Assembly (NCBI RefSeq): GCF_964355755.1
Contig: NC_092678.1
Span: 9,626,422 to 9,690,421 of the forward strand
Origin: Antedon mediterranea
Lineage: Eukaryota > Animalia > Echinodermata
DNA length: 64,000 nucleotides
Direction of reading: 5' to 3'
The position numbers and the translations under genes were made by a program. Under the pieces are notes generated by a model. The model had not been told where the DNA came from. It was given only the letters and a program-made list of their open reading frames with translations, and ran no database searches. This document shows positions 49,201-60,400 of this stretch, one piece after another (the stretch's first letter is position 1; each line of letters begins with the position of its first letter).

Positions 49201-50802
49201 AAACTAGGTCCAGTAAACTATGAGGTGGAAACTAATGATAAACGGAAAAAGTCAAAAGTCTACCACATAAATCTTTTAAAACAATTTCATCGTAGAACTA
49301 TTGAGGTTATGCTGGCTATAAATGATGTAACTGGACAAGACGAGGGTCAGGATAAGGACATTTCTTGGTCAAATATTTCTAGTTCCAATTTAACCTTAGA
49401 TTCTGGTGAAGGATTAGATGAATCTCAGCTTTCAGATTTAGCGGAGGTGTTTTCTGAATTTGACTCAGTGTTACAGGACAAGCCAGGGAAAACTACTGTA
49501 ATAAAGCATGATATTGAAATGAACCTAGGGGTACACCCAGTTAGATTAAGAGCTTATCCAATTCCTCAGGCTAAGTTAGGCAAAGTAAAAGAAGAGATAG
49601 AATCTATGTTGGAACTTGGGGTAATAGAAGAGTCTCACAGTCCCTGGTCCTCTCCTTATATCATGGTACCAAAGCCGGACGGTACAGCTCGCTTTTGCGT
49701 AAATTACAAAAAAGTGAATAGCTTGAGCAAGTTTGATGCATATCCAATGCCTCGAATAGATGAAATAATAGGCAGGGTTGGTCCTGCTAAATTTATAACA
49801 AAGTTAGATTTATGTAAAGGTTACTGGCAGGTTCCGTTAACTGAACGGTCAAAACCATATACTGCTTTTTCAACACCAATGGGTTTGTACCAATTTAAGT
49901 ATTTACCATTTGGCTTGCATGGGGCTCCTGCAACGTTTCAAAGAATGATGGATCAACTGTTGCGCAAGAAAGAATCTTATGCAGCAGCTTATATGGATGA
50001 TCTGGTAATATTTAGTCCAGACTGGGAAAGTCATATCCATCATCTTAGGGACATTTTTCGGACCCTCAAGCAAGCTAATCTGACAGTCAAACCTGCAAAA
50101 TGTAGTTTCGCACATAGTAAAGTGCATTATTTAGGGTATGTAGTTGGAGAGGGAATGATACGTCCTCAAAAGACTAAGGTAGAAGCGGTAGTACAATGGG
50201 AAAAACCTAAAACTAAGAAGGATGTTAAATCTTTTCTTGGCCTGACAGGATACTACCGAAAGTTTATTCCTAATTATGCTGACATTGCAGCACCTCTAAC
50301 TGATCTGACGGGGAAAAAACATCCAGATAAAATCAAATGGACGCCTGAGTGCGAAGATGCACTTGTAAAGTTAAAACAGGCGTTATGTTCAGACCCTGTG
50401 TTACGAAACCCAGATTTTAATGCAGAGTTTATACTGCAAACAGATGCTTCAGATCGAGGGTTAGGTGCAGTACTTAGTCAACTAGGTCCTGATGGTACTG
50501 ACCATCCAGTATTGTATCTTAGTCGTAAGATGTTCCCAAGAGAACAGAATTATGCAACTATAAAGAAAGAGTGTTTAGCTATAAAATGGGCTGTCGAAAG
50601 TCTGCGATATTATCTACTAGGCAGAAAATTTAAGATAGTTACTGACCATCAACCACTCAAATGGTTGGTTGAAATGAAAGAGACAAACAAAAGACTAACT
50701 AGATGGAGTCTTGATTTACAACCTTATTGCTTTACTGTTGTACATAGAAGGGGTATTTCTAATGGTAATGCTGACGGATTGTCACGAAAACCATTAACTT
50801 AA
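46294..50802 (+). CDS. gag-pol: Gag-Pol polyprotein, 1502 aa (coiled coil, capsid/SCAN-like, CCHC knuckle, protease, integrase, RT, RNase H)
   Basis: Uninterrupted ORF with CRRCKKVGHIERFC; LIDSG...ILGRD; H-x6-H...C-x2-C; MDIVGP/TDQG/VERFN; GPY; LDLCKGYWQ...PFGL...YMDD; TDAS/ECLA/TDH/NADGLSR. Confidence 0.96.
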   Translation: MADKQSTTRSGREYSGGDESDSEVESVQSIQPEQQAEESGPTSGHNPTGADSSSKDVLLLMQQQMQQQMQQQMQQQMQQQNLMMQQMMEQQERLRKEDMERQERLRREDMEKQQALVMALMDKQKDSEEKRLKDIMRLKEVQIAKLSDSDDIENYLTTFERIANTYEWRKEHWVVKLIPHLTGKARAAYASLPVTESNQYDIVKKAILQRYDITEETYRQRFRSIKKKSEESYREMYVRLKDLFTKWARPAEKSKDDLAEIVILEQLIDIMPTGVQIWVKEHKPDSGLNAAELADNYFQARKGIDFEKKFQNRKHENRNNQEKTVKGTPEVDSKGNNNPPDNFHKSHSDARQPLVCRRCKKVGHIERFCRSKDGFLSTKTDTVSKPCTPYVCRGLVEGCDCEILIDSGCDMTLVHSDLVAAKKINRAEQAKITCRCVHDHVQAYPTAFVNIKVNNEDHNLLVGVCSDLPRDVILGRDFPKFGDLLGKGDKNHDRHSFVATRDHARKEKLREENELNSEKASGVISHQLDDVVNFQEEFGHLDGQLLSNNPPKEKVHKTRSEKRKVRKEFAKTKEVQSSQDSELDILDIGRDKIKDYQVKDRTLISLREQMLVQKDDDTIKIVYKDGILFRLVFTKHQTEPIEQLVVPYPCRNSVLKVSHDIPLAGHLGRKKTLDRIKQRFFWPGIRKDVTEYCNTCENCQKTSKYKTKLKAPMIPMPIISEPFRRITMDIVGPLARSKTGNKYVLVICDYATRYPEAIPLRSIEAPKIADELIKLFSRVGVPTEILTDQGSNFTSKLLSQIYKLLSIKGLTTSPYHPQTDGLVERFNGTLKAMIRKFVQDDPREWDKLLPYLLFAYREVPQESTGFSPFELLYGWKVRGPLDIMKEMWTGTVTGPQSVVSNVVKMRDRLTSMKDLVQENIELSQTRQKQKYDQKSVCREFSPGDEVLLLLPSSNDALEAKWQGPYKVLRKLGPVNYEVETNDKRKKSKVYHINLLKQFHRRTIEVMLAINDVTGQDEGQDKDISWSNISSSNLTLDSGEGLDESQLSDLAEVFSEFDSVLQDKPGKTTVIKHDIEMNLGVHPVRLRAYPIPQAKLGKVKEEIESMLELGVIEESHSPWSSPYIMVPKPDGTARFCVNYKKVNSLSKFDAYPMPRIDEIIGRVGPAKFITKLDLCKGYWQVPLTERSKPYTAFSTPMGLYQFKYLPFGLHGAPATFQRMMDQLLRKKESYAAAYMDDLVIFSPDWESHIHHLRDIFRTLKQANLTVKPAKCSFAHSKVHYLGYVVGEGMIRPQKTKVEAVVQWEKPKTKKDVKSFLGLTGYYRKFIPNYADIAAPLTDLTGKKHPDKIKWTPECEDALVKLKQALCSDPVLRNPDFNAEFILQTDASDRGLGAVLSQLGPDGTDHPVLYLSRKMFPREQNYATIKKECLAIKWAVESLRYYLLGRKFKIVTDHQPLKWLVEMKETNKRLTRWSLDLQPYCFTVVHRRGISNGNADGLSRKPLT
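46474..46629 (+). repeat. Coding repeats in the Gag N-terminus: (ATGCAGCAGCAA)x4-5 = (MQQQ)5, and a 33-bp duplication (QERLRKEDMER/QERLRREDMEK)
   Basis: Direct repeats at 46474-46533 and 46564-46629. Confidence 0.9.
46930..47190 (+). other. SCAN-like (capsid C-terminal) domain
   Basis: ETYRQRFRS...LKDLFTKWARP...IVILEQLIDIMP..VQIWVKEHKP.S...AAELADNY resembles the SCAN consensus (E..RQRFR...L..L...WLRP...LVLEQFL..LP...Q.WV....P.S.EEAV.L). Confidence 0.85.
47359..47400 (+). other. CCHC zinc knuckle (nucleocapsid)
   Basis: C-x2-C-x4-H-x4-C. Confidence 0.92.
47460..47735 (+). other. Retropepsin aspartic protease (boundaries approximate)
   Basis: ILIDSGC (Asp codon 47509-47511) and VILGRD. Confidence 0.88.
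48220..49290 (+). other. Integrase (HHCC + DDE core + GPY/F), upstream of RT (boundaries approximate)
   Basis: HDIPLAGH...CENC, MDIVGPL, LTDQGSNF, PYHPQTDGLVERFN, WQGPY. Confidence 0.92.
49537..50790 (+). other. Reverse transcriptase and RNase H (boundaries approximate)
   Basis: SPWSSP, RFCVNY, LDLCKGYWQV, PFGL, YMDD (49990-50001), YLGY. RNase H acidic residues in TDAS, ECLA, TDH and NAD are intact. Confidence 0.93.
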
Positions 50803-51014
50803 AGCAAGGGTTACTTTACAAATAGACAAAATAGGTTTTAATGTTTATAAGTTACTTGTTTCTTACATTTTGTTTGTAATGAGAATTTGGTTTTCACGTA
50901 ATGTAGTTTGAATTTATATTCATATATTAAACAGGGTTTCTAGGTCGAAAATGATATATTTGCCACGTCCGTGTATACTTGCCCCTCAAAACTCCAAGAA
51001 AGAGTTTTGAGCTC

Positions 51015-51029
51015 AGAAAGAGGGGGGAG
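51015..51029 (+). other. Polypurine tract
   Basis: AGAAAGAGGGGGGAG directly abutting the 3' LTR. Confidence 0.92.
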
Positions 51030-51489
51030 TGTAATAAATTACCATTCCCTAACATATAGAGTAACATAGTATTTACATGAACATTCTAGAATAAGATGTT
51101 TTGATTTAAGAAACCATGTATAATTAATAAGAACAATCAAGAACATTCCAGAAGTGCTATTAATAGAAACTGTAATCATGTAATAATGAGAAGTATAAAG
51201 AATGATCTAGAAGGATAGGAGCATCTTGTATATAAAGGGATGTAAACTATTGTAAGGTTGTTGGATTAGAGGTTGGATTAGAGGTTGGATGTTATATTGT
51301 AAAGTCATTGTGAAGCTGTTGTTTAAAGTGCTTACTGGATTGTTAAAAGTTGAAGTTGATTGAAATTAAAGCTTTGTTTTTGAGTTATTTTACAACTTTG
51401 TGGATTTTGTGTGTATACTTTTATGTCACAAGGGAGTTCCTAAAGTATTTTCAACCGCTCGGAAACATACGTGAGAGGAGTTCGTGACA
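51030..51489 (+). repeat. 3' LTR (460 bp)
   Basis: No mismatch to the 5' LTR seen on manual comparison. Immediately follows the PPT. Confidence 0.97.
51365..51370 (+). terminator. Putative polyadenylation signal ATTAAA in the 3' LTR (5' LTR copy at 45836-45841)
   Basis: ATTAAA followed by T/GT-rich sequence, ~135 bp downstream of the LTR TATA. Confidence 0.5.
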
Positions 51490-54400
51490 AACATCATTTT
51501 ACATTGATGGATCATGCATTTCATATAAATAGACTGTTATCAGCTCTTCAGTCATCTACTGGTTTGTGGCGTAACCGGTAGTGCTCAGGTTTGAGTTCTC
51601 GCAGTAGTGGGTTCGAACCTCTACGAATTTTTTTTTTTCTTTTTTTTTTAATTGAAAATAAATATTTTTTTTGAAAGTGAGATATTTTGAGCGTGTTAGA
51701 GTGCTTTCAGTAGTGGGTTCGAACCTCTAGGGATTTTTTTTTTTTTTGAAATTGAAAATAAATATTGTTTTTGAAAGTGAGATATTTTGAGGGCTGTAAA
51801 TGTCAGGCCTAAACAAGTGGACCTTTTTTAAAATCAGAAACAAAGTTGCATGGCATTATTTTTCATTGGTTGATCATCCATTTCATATATATAGACTATT
51901 ATCAGCTCTTCAGTCATATACTGGTTTGCGGCGTAACGGGTAATGCTCAGTTTTGAGTGATTTCAATAGTGGGTTTGAACTTCTAGGGATATTTGTTTTC
52001 TTTTTTTTTATTTGAAAATAAATATTGTTTTTGAAAGTGAGATATTTTGAGGGTTGTAAATGTCAGGCCTAAACAAGTGAACCTTTTTTAAAATTAGAAA
52101 CAAAGTTGCATGGCATTATTTTTCATGGATTGATCATTAATTTCATATAAATAGACTATTATCAGCTCTTCAGTTATCTACTGGTTTGTGGCGTAACGGG
52201 TAATACCCAGGTTTGAGTGCTCTCAGTAGCGGGTTCCAACCTCTAGGGATATTGCTTTTTTTTTCTTATTGAAAATAAATATTTTTTTTGAAAATGAGAT
52301 ATTTTTTAGGGTTGTAAATGTCAGGCTTAAAAAATGGATCTTTTTTCAAATCAGAAACAAAGTTGCATGGCATTATTTTTCATTGATTGATAATTCATTT
52401 CATATAAATAGACTATTACCAGCTCTTCAGTAATCTACTGGTTTGTGGCGTAACGAGTAATGCTCAGGTTTGAGTGCTCTGAGTAGTGGGTCGAATCTCT
52501 AGGGATACTTTTTTTCTTTTTTTTTTAAATTGAAAATAAATATGGTTTTTGAAAGTGAGATATTTTGAGGGTTGTAAATGTCAGGCCTAAACAAGTGGAC
52601 CTTTTTTTAAATCAGAATCAAAGTTGCATGGCATTATTTTTCATTGATTGATAATTTGTTTCATATAAATAGACTATTATCAGCTCTTCAGTCATCTACT
52701 GGTTTGAGGCGTAACGGGTAATGCTCATGTTTGAGTGCTCTCAGTAGTGGGTTCGAACATATACGGGTATTTTTTTTCTTTTTTTTTAATTGAAAATAAA
52801 TATTGTTTTTGAAAGTGAGATATTTTGAGGGTTGCAACTGTCAGGCCTAAACAAGTGAACCTTTTTTAAAATCAGAAACAAAGTTGCATGGTATTATTTT
52901 TCATTGATTGATCATCTATTTCATATAAATAGACTATTATCAGCTCTTCAGTCATATACTGGTTTGCGGCGTAACGGGTAATGCTCAGGTTTGAGTGATT
53001 TCAATAGTGGGTTCGAACTTCTAGGGATATTTTTTTTTCTTTTTTTTTTTATTTGAAAATAAATATTGTTTTTGAAAGTGAGATATTTTGAGGGTTTTAA
53101 ATGTCAAGCCTAACCAAGTGGACCTTTTTTTAAAATCAGAAACAAAGTTACATAACATCATTTTACATTGATGGATCATTCATTTCATATAAATAGACTG
53201 TTATCAGCTCTTCAGTCATCTACTGGTTTGTAGCGTAACCGGTAGTGCTCAGGTTTGAGTTCTCGCAGTAGTGGGTTCGAAACTCTACGAATATTTTTTT
53301 TCTTTTTTTTTTAATTGAAAATAAATATTTTTTTTGAAAGTGAGATATTTTGAGGGTTGTAAATGTCAGGCCTAAACAAGTGGACCTTTTTTAAAATCAG
53401 AAACAAAGTTGCATGGCATTATTTTTCATTGATTGATCATTCATTTCATATAAATAGACTATTATCAGCTCCGCAGTCATCTACTGGTTTGTGGCGTAAC
53501 GGATAATGCTCAGGTTTGAGTGCTTTCAGTAGTGGGTTCGAACCTCTAGGGATTTTTTTTTTTTTAAATTGAAAATAAATATTGTTTTTGAAAGTGAGAT
53601 ATTTTGAGGGTTGTAAATGTCAGGCCTAAACAAGTGGACCTTTTTTAAAATCAGAAACAAAGTTGCATGGCATTATTTTTCATTGGTTGATCATCCATTT
53701 CATATAAATAGACTATTATCAGCTCTTCAGTTATATACTGGTTTGCGGCGTAACGGGTAATGCTCAGTTTTGAGTGATTTCAATAGTGGGTTCAAACTTC
53801 TAGGGATATTTTTTTTTTTTTTTTTTATTTGAAAATAAATATTGTTTTTGAAAGTGAGATATTTTGAGGGTTGTAAATGTCAGGCCTAAACAAGTGAACA
53901 TTTTTTTCAATCAGAAACAAAGTTGCATGTCATTATTTTTCATTGATTGATCATTCATTTCATATATATAGACTATTATCAGCTCCTCAGTTACCTACTG
54001 GTTTTTGGCGTAACGTGTAATGCTCAGGTTTGAGTGCTCCCAGTAGTGGGTTCGAACCTATACGGGTATTTTTTTTTCTTTTTTTTTTAATTGAAAATAA
54101 ATATTAAAAGTGAGATATTTTGAGGGTTGCAACTGTCAGGCCTAAACAAGTGAACCTTTTTTTAAATCAGAAACAAAGTTACATGGAATTATTTTTCATT
54201 GATTGATCATCCATTTCATATAAATAGACTATTATCAGCTCTTCAGTCATAAAATGGTTTGCGGCGAACGGGTAATGCTCAGGTTTGAGTGATTTCAATA
54301 GTGGGTTCGAACTTCTAGGGATATTTTTTTTCTTTTTTTTTTTATTTGCAAATAAATATTGTTTTTGAAGGTGAGATATTTTGAGGGTTGTAAATGTCAG

Positions 54401-57400
54401 GCCTAAACAAGTGAACATTTTTTTAAATCAGAAACAAAGTTGCATGGCATTATTTTTCATTCATTTATTATTCATTTCATATAAATAGAGTATTATCAGC
54501 TCTTCAGTCATCTACTGGTTTGAGGCGTAACGGGTAATGCTCAAGTTTGAGTGCTCGCAGTAGTGGGTTCGAACCTCTAGGGATAGTTCTTTTCTTTTTT
54601 TTTTATTGAAAATAAATATTTTTTTTGAAGGTGAGATATTTTGAGGGTTGTAAATGACAGGCCTAAACAAATGAACCTTTTTTAAAATCAGAAACAAAGT
54701 TGCATGGCGTTATTTTTCATTGATTGATCATTAATTTCATATATATAGACTATTATCAGCTCTTCAGTCATCTACTGGTTTGTGGCGTAACCGGTAGTGC
54801 TCAGGTTTGAGTTCTCGCAGTAGTGGGTTCGAAACTCTACGAATATTTTTTTTCTTTTTTTTTAATTGAAAATAATATTGTTTTTGAAAGTGAGATAGTT
54901 TGAGGGTTGTAAATGTCAGGCCTAAACAAGTGAACCTTTTTTAAAATCAGAAACAAAGTTGCATGGCATTATTTTTCATTGATTTATTATTCATTTCATA
55001 TAAATAGATTATTATCAGCTCTTCAGTCATCTACTGGTTTGAGGCGTAACGGGTAATGCTCAAGTTTGAGTGCTCGCAGTAGTGGGTTCGAACCTCTAGA
55101 GATATTTCATTTCTTTTTTTTTTAATTGAAAATAAATATTTTTTTTGAAAGTGAGATATTTTGAGGTTTGTAAATGTCAGGCCTAAACAAATGAACCTTT
55201 TTTAAATCAGAAACAAAGTTGCATGGCATTATTTTTCATTGATTGATCATTAATTTCATATAAATAGACTATTATCAGCTATTCAGTTATCTACTGGTTT
55301 GTGGCGTAACGGGTAATACCCAGGTTTGAGTGCTCTCAGTAGCGGGTTCCAACCTCTAGGGATATTACTTTTTTTTTCTTATTGAAAATAAATATTTTTT
55401 TTGAAAATGAGATTTTTTTTAGGGTTGTGAATGTCAGGCCTAAACAAATGGATCTTTTTTAAAATCAGAAACAAAGTTGCATGGCATTGTTTTTCATTGA
55501 TTGATCATTTATTTCATATAAATAGACTATTATCAGCTCCTCAGTCACCTACTGGTTTGTGGCGTAACGGATAATGCTCAGGGTTGAGTGCTCTCAGTAG
55601 TGGGTTCGAACCTCTAGGGTTTTTTTTTTTTTTAAATTGAAAATAAATATTGTTTTTGAAAGTGAGATATTTTGAGGGTTGTAAATATCAGGTCTAAACA
55701 AGTGGACCTTTTTTAAAATCAGAAACAAAGTTGCATGGCATTATTTTTCATTGATTTATTATTTATTTCATATAAATAGAGTATTATCAGCTCTTCAGTC
55801 ATCTAGTGGTTTGTGGCGTAACGGGTAATGCTCAAATTTGAGTGCTCTCACTAGTGGGTTCGAACCTCTACGGATATTTTTTTTTTTTTTTTTAAATTTA
55901 AAATAAATATTGTTTTTGAAAGTGAAATATTTTGAGGGTTGTAAATGTCAGGCCTAAACAAGTGAACCTTTTTTAAAATCAGAAACAAGGTTGAATGGCA
56001 TTATTTTTCATTGATTTATTATTAATTTCATATAAATAGAGTATTATCAGCTCTTCAGTCATCTACTGGTTTGAGGCGTAACGGGTAATGCTCAAGTTTG
56101 AGTGTTCGCAGTAGTGGGTTCGAACCCCTAGGGATATTTCTTTTCTTTTTTTTTTAATTGAAAATAATTTTTTTTTTTAAAGTGAGATATTTTGAGGGTT
56201 GTAAATGTCAGGCCTAAACAAATGAACCTTTTTTAACATCAGAAACAAAGTGGCATGGCATTATTTTTCATTGATTGATCATTAATTTCATATAAATAGA
56301 CTATTATCAACTCGTCAGTTATCTACTGGTTTGTGGCGTAACGGGTAATACCCAGGTTTGAGTGCTCTCAGTAGCGTGTTCCAACCTGTAAGGATATTTT
56401 TTTTTTAATTGAAAATAAATATTGTTTTTGAAAGTGAGATATTTTGAGGGTTGTAAATGTCAGGCCTAAACAAGTGAACATTTTTTTCAATCAGAAACAA
56501 AGTTGCATGGCATTATTTTTCATTGACTGATCATTCATTTCATATATATAGACTATTATCAGCTCTTCAGTCATCTACTGGTTTGTGGCGTAACGGGTAA
56601 TGCTCAAGTTTGAGTGCTCTCACTAGTAGTTTCTACGGATATTTTGTTTCTATTTTTTTTTTTATTTAAAATAAATATTGTTTTTGAAAGTGAGATATTT
56701 TGAGGGTTGTAAATGTCAAGCCTAAACAAATGAACCTTTTTTTAAATCAGAAACAAAGTTGCATGGCATTATTTTTCATTGATTTATTATTTAATTCATA
56801 TAAATAGAGTATTATCAGCTCTTCAGTCATCTACTTGTTTGTGGCGTAGCGGGTAATGCTCCAATTTCAGCGCTCTCACTAGTGGGTTCGAACCTCTACT
56901 GATATTTTATTTCTTTTTATTTTTTAATTGAAAAAATATTGTTTTTGAAAGTGAGATATTTTGAGGGTTGTAAATGTCAGGCCAAAACAAGTGAACCTTT
57001 TTTAAAATCAGAAACAAAGTTGCATGGCATTATTTTTCATTGATTGATCATTCATTTCATATAAATAGACTATTATCCGCTCCTCAGTCACCTACTGGTT
57101 GGTGGCGTAACGGATAATGCTCAGGTTTGAGTTCTCTCAGTAGTGGGTTCGAACCTCTAGGGATTTTTTTTTTTAAATTGAAAATAAATATTGTTTTTGA
57201 AAGTGAGATATTTTTAGGGTTGTAAATATCAGGCCTAAACAAGTGGACCTTTTTTAAAATCAGAAACAAAGTTGCATGGCATTATTTTTCATTGATTGAT
57301 CATTCATTTCATATAAATAGACTATTATCAGCTCTTCAGTCATCTACTGGTTTGTGGCGTAACGGGTAATGCTCAGTTTTGAGTGCTCTGAGTAGTGGGT

Positions 57401-60400
57401 CGAACCTCTAGGGATATTTTTTTTCTTTTTTTTTTAAATTGAAAATAAATATGGTTTTTGAAAGTGAGATATTTTGAGGGTTGTAAATGTCAGGCCTAAA
57501 CAAGTGGACCTTTTTAAAAATGATAAACAAAGTTGCATGGCATTATTTTTCATTGATTGATCATTCATTTCATATAAATAGACTATTATCAGCTCTTCAG
57601 TCATCTACTGGTTTGTGGCGTAACGGGTAATGCTCAGGTTTGAGTGCTCTGAGTAGTGGGTCGAACCTCTAGGGATATTTTTTTTCTTTTTTTTTTAATT
57701 GAAAATAAATATGGTTTTTGAAAGTGAGATATTTTGAGGGTTGTAAATATCAGGCCTAAACAAGTGGACCTTTTTTAAAATCAGAAACAAAGTTGCATGG
57801 CATTATTTTTCATTGATTTATTATTTATTTCATATAAATAGAGTATTATCAGCTCTTCAGTCATCTACTGGTTTGTGGCGTAACGGGTAATGCTCAAGTT
57901 TGAGTGCTCTCACTAGTGGGTTCGAACCTCTACGGATATTTTGTTTCTTTTTTTTTTTTATTTAAAATATATATTGTTTTGAAAGTGAGATATTTTGAGG
58001 GTTGTAAATGTCAGGCCTAAACAAGTGAACCATTTTTAAAATCAGAAACAAAGTTGCATTGCATTATTTTTCATTGATTTATTATTAATTTCTTATAAAT
58101 AGAGTATTATCAGCTCTTCAGTCATCTACTGGTTTGAGGCGTAACGGGTAATGCTCAGGTTTGAGTTCTCGCAGTAGTGGGTTCGAACCTCTACGAATAT
58201 TTTTTTTTTTTTTTTTTTTTTTATTGAAAATAAATATTGTTTTTGAAAGTGAGATATTTTGAGGGTTGTAAATGTCAGGCCTAAACAAGTGGACCTTTTT
58301 TAAAATCAGAAACAAAGTTGTATGGCATTATTTTTCATTGATTTATTATTTATTTCATATAAATAGAGTATTATCAGCTCTTCAGTCATCTACTAGTTTG
58401 TGGCGTAACGGGTAATGCTCAAGTTTGAGTGCTCTCACTAGTGGGTTCGAACCTCTACGGATATTTTGTTTCTTTTTTTTTTTTATTTAAAATAAATATT
58501 GTTTTTGAAAGTGAGATATTTTGAGGGTTGTAAATGTCAGGCCTAAACAAGTGAACCTTTTTTAAAATCAGAAGCAAAGTTGCATGGCATTATTTTTCAT
58601 TGATTTATTATTAATTTCATATAAATAGAGTATTATCAGCTCTTCAGTCATCTACTGGTTTGAGGCGTAACGGGTAATGCTCAGGTTTGAGTTCTCGCAG
58701 TAGTGGGTTCGAACCTCTACGAATATTTGTTTTCTTTTTTTTTTTTTATTTAAAAAAATATTTTTTTTGAAAGTGAGATATTTTGAGGGTTGTAAATGTC
58801 AGGCCTAAACAAGTGGACCTTTTTTAAAATCAGAAACAAATTTGCATGGCATTATTTTTTATTGATTGATCATTCATTTCATATAAATAGACTATTATCA
58901 GCTCTTCAGTTATCTACTGGTTTGTGCCGTAACGGGTAATGCTCAAGTTTGAGTGCTCTCACTAGTGGGTTCGAACCTCTACGGATATTTTTTTTTTTTT
59001 TTTTTAAATAAATATTGTTTTTGAAAGTGAGATATTTTGAGGGTTGTAAATGTCAGGCCTAAACAAGTGAACCTTTTTTAAAATCAGAAACAAAGTTGCA
59101 TGGCATTATTTTTCATTGATTTATTATTAATTTCATATAATTAGAGTATTATCAGCTCTTCAGTCATCTACTGGTTTGAGGCGTAACGGGTAATGCTCAG
59201 GTTTGAGTTCTCGCAGCAGTGGGTTCGAACCTCTACGAATATTTTTTTTCTTTTTTTTTCTTATTGAAAAAAATATTGTTTTTGAAAGTGAGATATTTTG
59301 AGGGTTGTAAATGTCAGGCCTAAACAAGTGGACCTTTTTTAAAATCAGAAACAAAGTTGCATGGCAATATTTTTCATTGATTGATCATTAATTTCATATA
59401 AATAGACTAATATCAACTCTTCAGTTATCTACTGGTTTGTGGCGTAACTGGTAATACCCAGGTTTGAGTGCTCTCAGTAGCGGGTTCCAACCTCTAGGGA
59501 TATTGCTTTTTTTTTTTCTTATTGAAAATAAATATTTTTTTTGAAAATGAGATATTTTTTAGGGTTGTAAATGTCAGGCCTAAACAAATGGATCTTTTTT
59601 AAAATCAGAAACAAAGTTGCATGGCATTATTTTTCATTGATTGATAATTCATTTCATATAAATAGACTATTACCAGCTCTTCAGTCATCTACTGGTTTGT
59701 GGCGTAACGAGTAATGCTCAGGTTTGAGTGCTCTGAGTAGTGGGTCGAACCTCTAGGGATACTTTTTTTCTTTTTTTTTACATTGAAAATAAATATTGTT
59801 TTTGAAAGTGAGATATTTTGAGGGTTGTAAATATCAGGCCTAAACAAGTGAACCTTTTTTAAAATCAGAAACAAAGTTGCATTGCATTATTTTTCATTGA
59901 TTTATTATTAATTTCATATAAATAGAGTATTATCAGCTCTTCAGTCATCTACTGGTTTGAGGCGTAACGGGTAATGCTCAGGTTTGAGTTCTCGCAGTAG
60001 TGGGTTCGAACCTCTACGAATATTTTTTTTATTTTTTTTTTTTTATTGAAAATAAATATTGTTTTTGAAAGTGAGATATTTTGAGGGTTGTAAATGTCAG
60101 GCCTAAACAAGTGGACCTTTTTTAAAATCAGAAACAAAGTTGTATGGCATTATTTTTCATTGATTTATTATTTATTTCATATAAATAGAGTATTATCAGC
60201 TCTTCAGTCATCTACTAGTTTGTGGCGTAACGGGTAATGCTCAAGTTTGAGTGCTCTCACTAGTGGGTTCGAACTTCTACGGATATTTTGTTTCTTTTTT
60301 TTTTTTTATTTAAAATAAATATTGTTTTTGAAAGTGAGATATTTTGAGGGTTGTAAATGTCAGGCCTAAACAAGTGAACCTTTTTTAAAATCAGAAGCAA

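Larger units (their letters stand above)
45501..51489 (+). mobile_element. Full-length Ty3/gypsy LTR retrotransposon, Gmr1-like (integrase upstream of RT), 5989 bp
   Basis: TG...CA direct LTRs, 4-bp TSD AACA (45497-45500 and 51490-51493), PBS, PPT, single gag-pol ORF with gypsy-type RT, RH and IN motifs in the order PR-IN-RT-RH. Confidence 0.96.

Noticed and set aside
46374-50127. Antisense ORFs within gag-pol, including a Cys-rich 107-aa ORF
   Set aside because: Shadow frames. The Cys runs are the reverse complement of the CAG/CAA repeat.
50551-50580. RNase H YATIKKE instead of the usual YATIEKE as an inactivating change
   Set aside because: The presumed catalytic Glu in ECLA and the Asp residues are retained. 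The effect cannot be judged from the sequence.
46294-50802. Ty1/copia classification based on IN-before-RT order
   Set aside because: The RT, RNase H and GPY/F integrase motifs are gypsy-type, consistent with Gmr1-like elements.
50803-51014. env gene or chromodomain/centromere-targeting domain
   Set aside because: Only ~210 bp of non-coding sequence follows the stop codon, and I recognised no chromodomain after the GPY motif.
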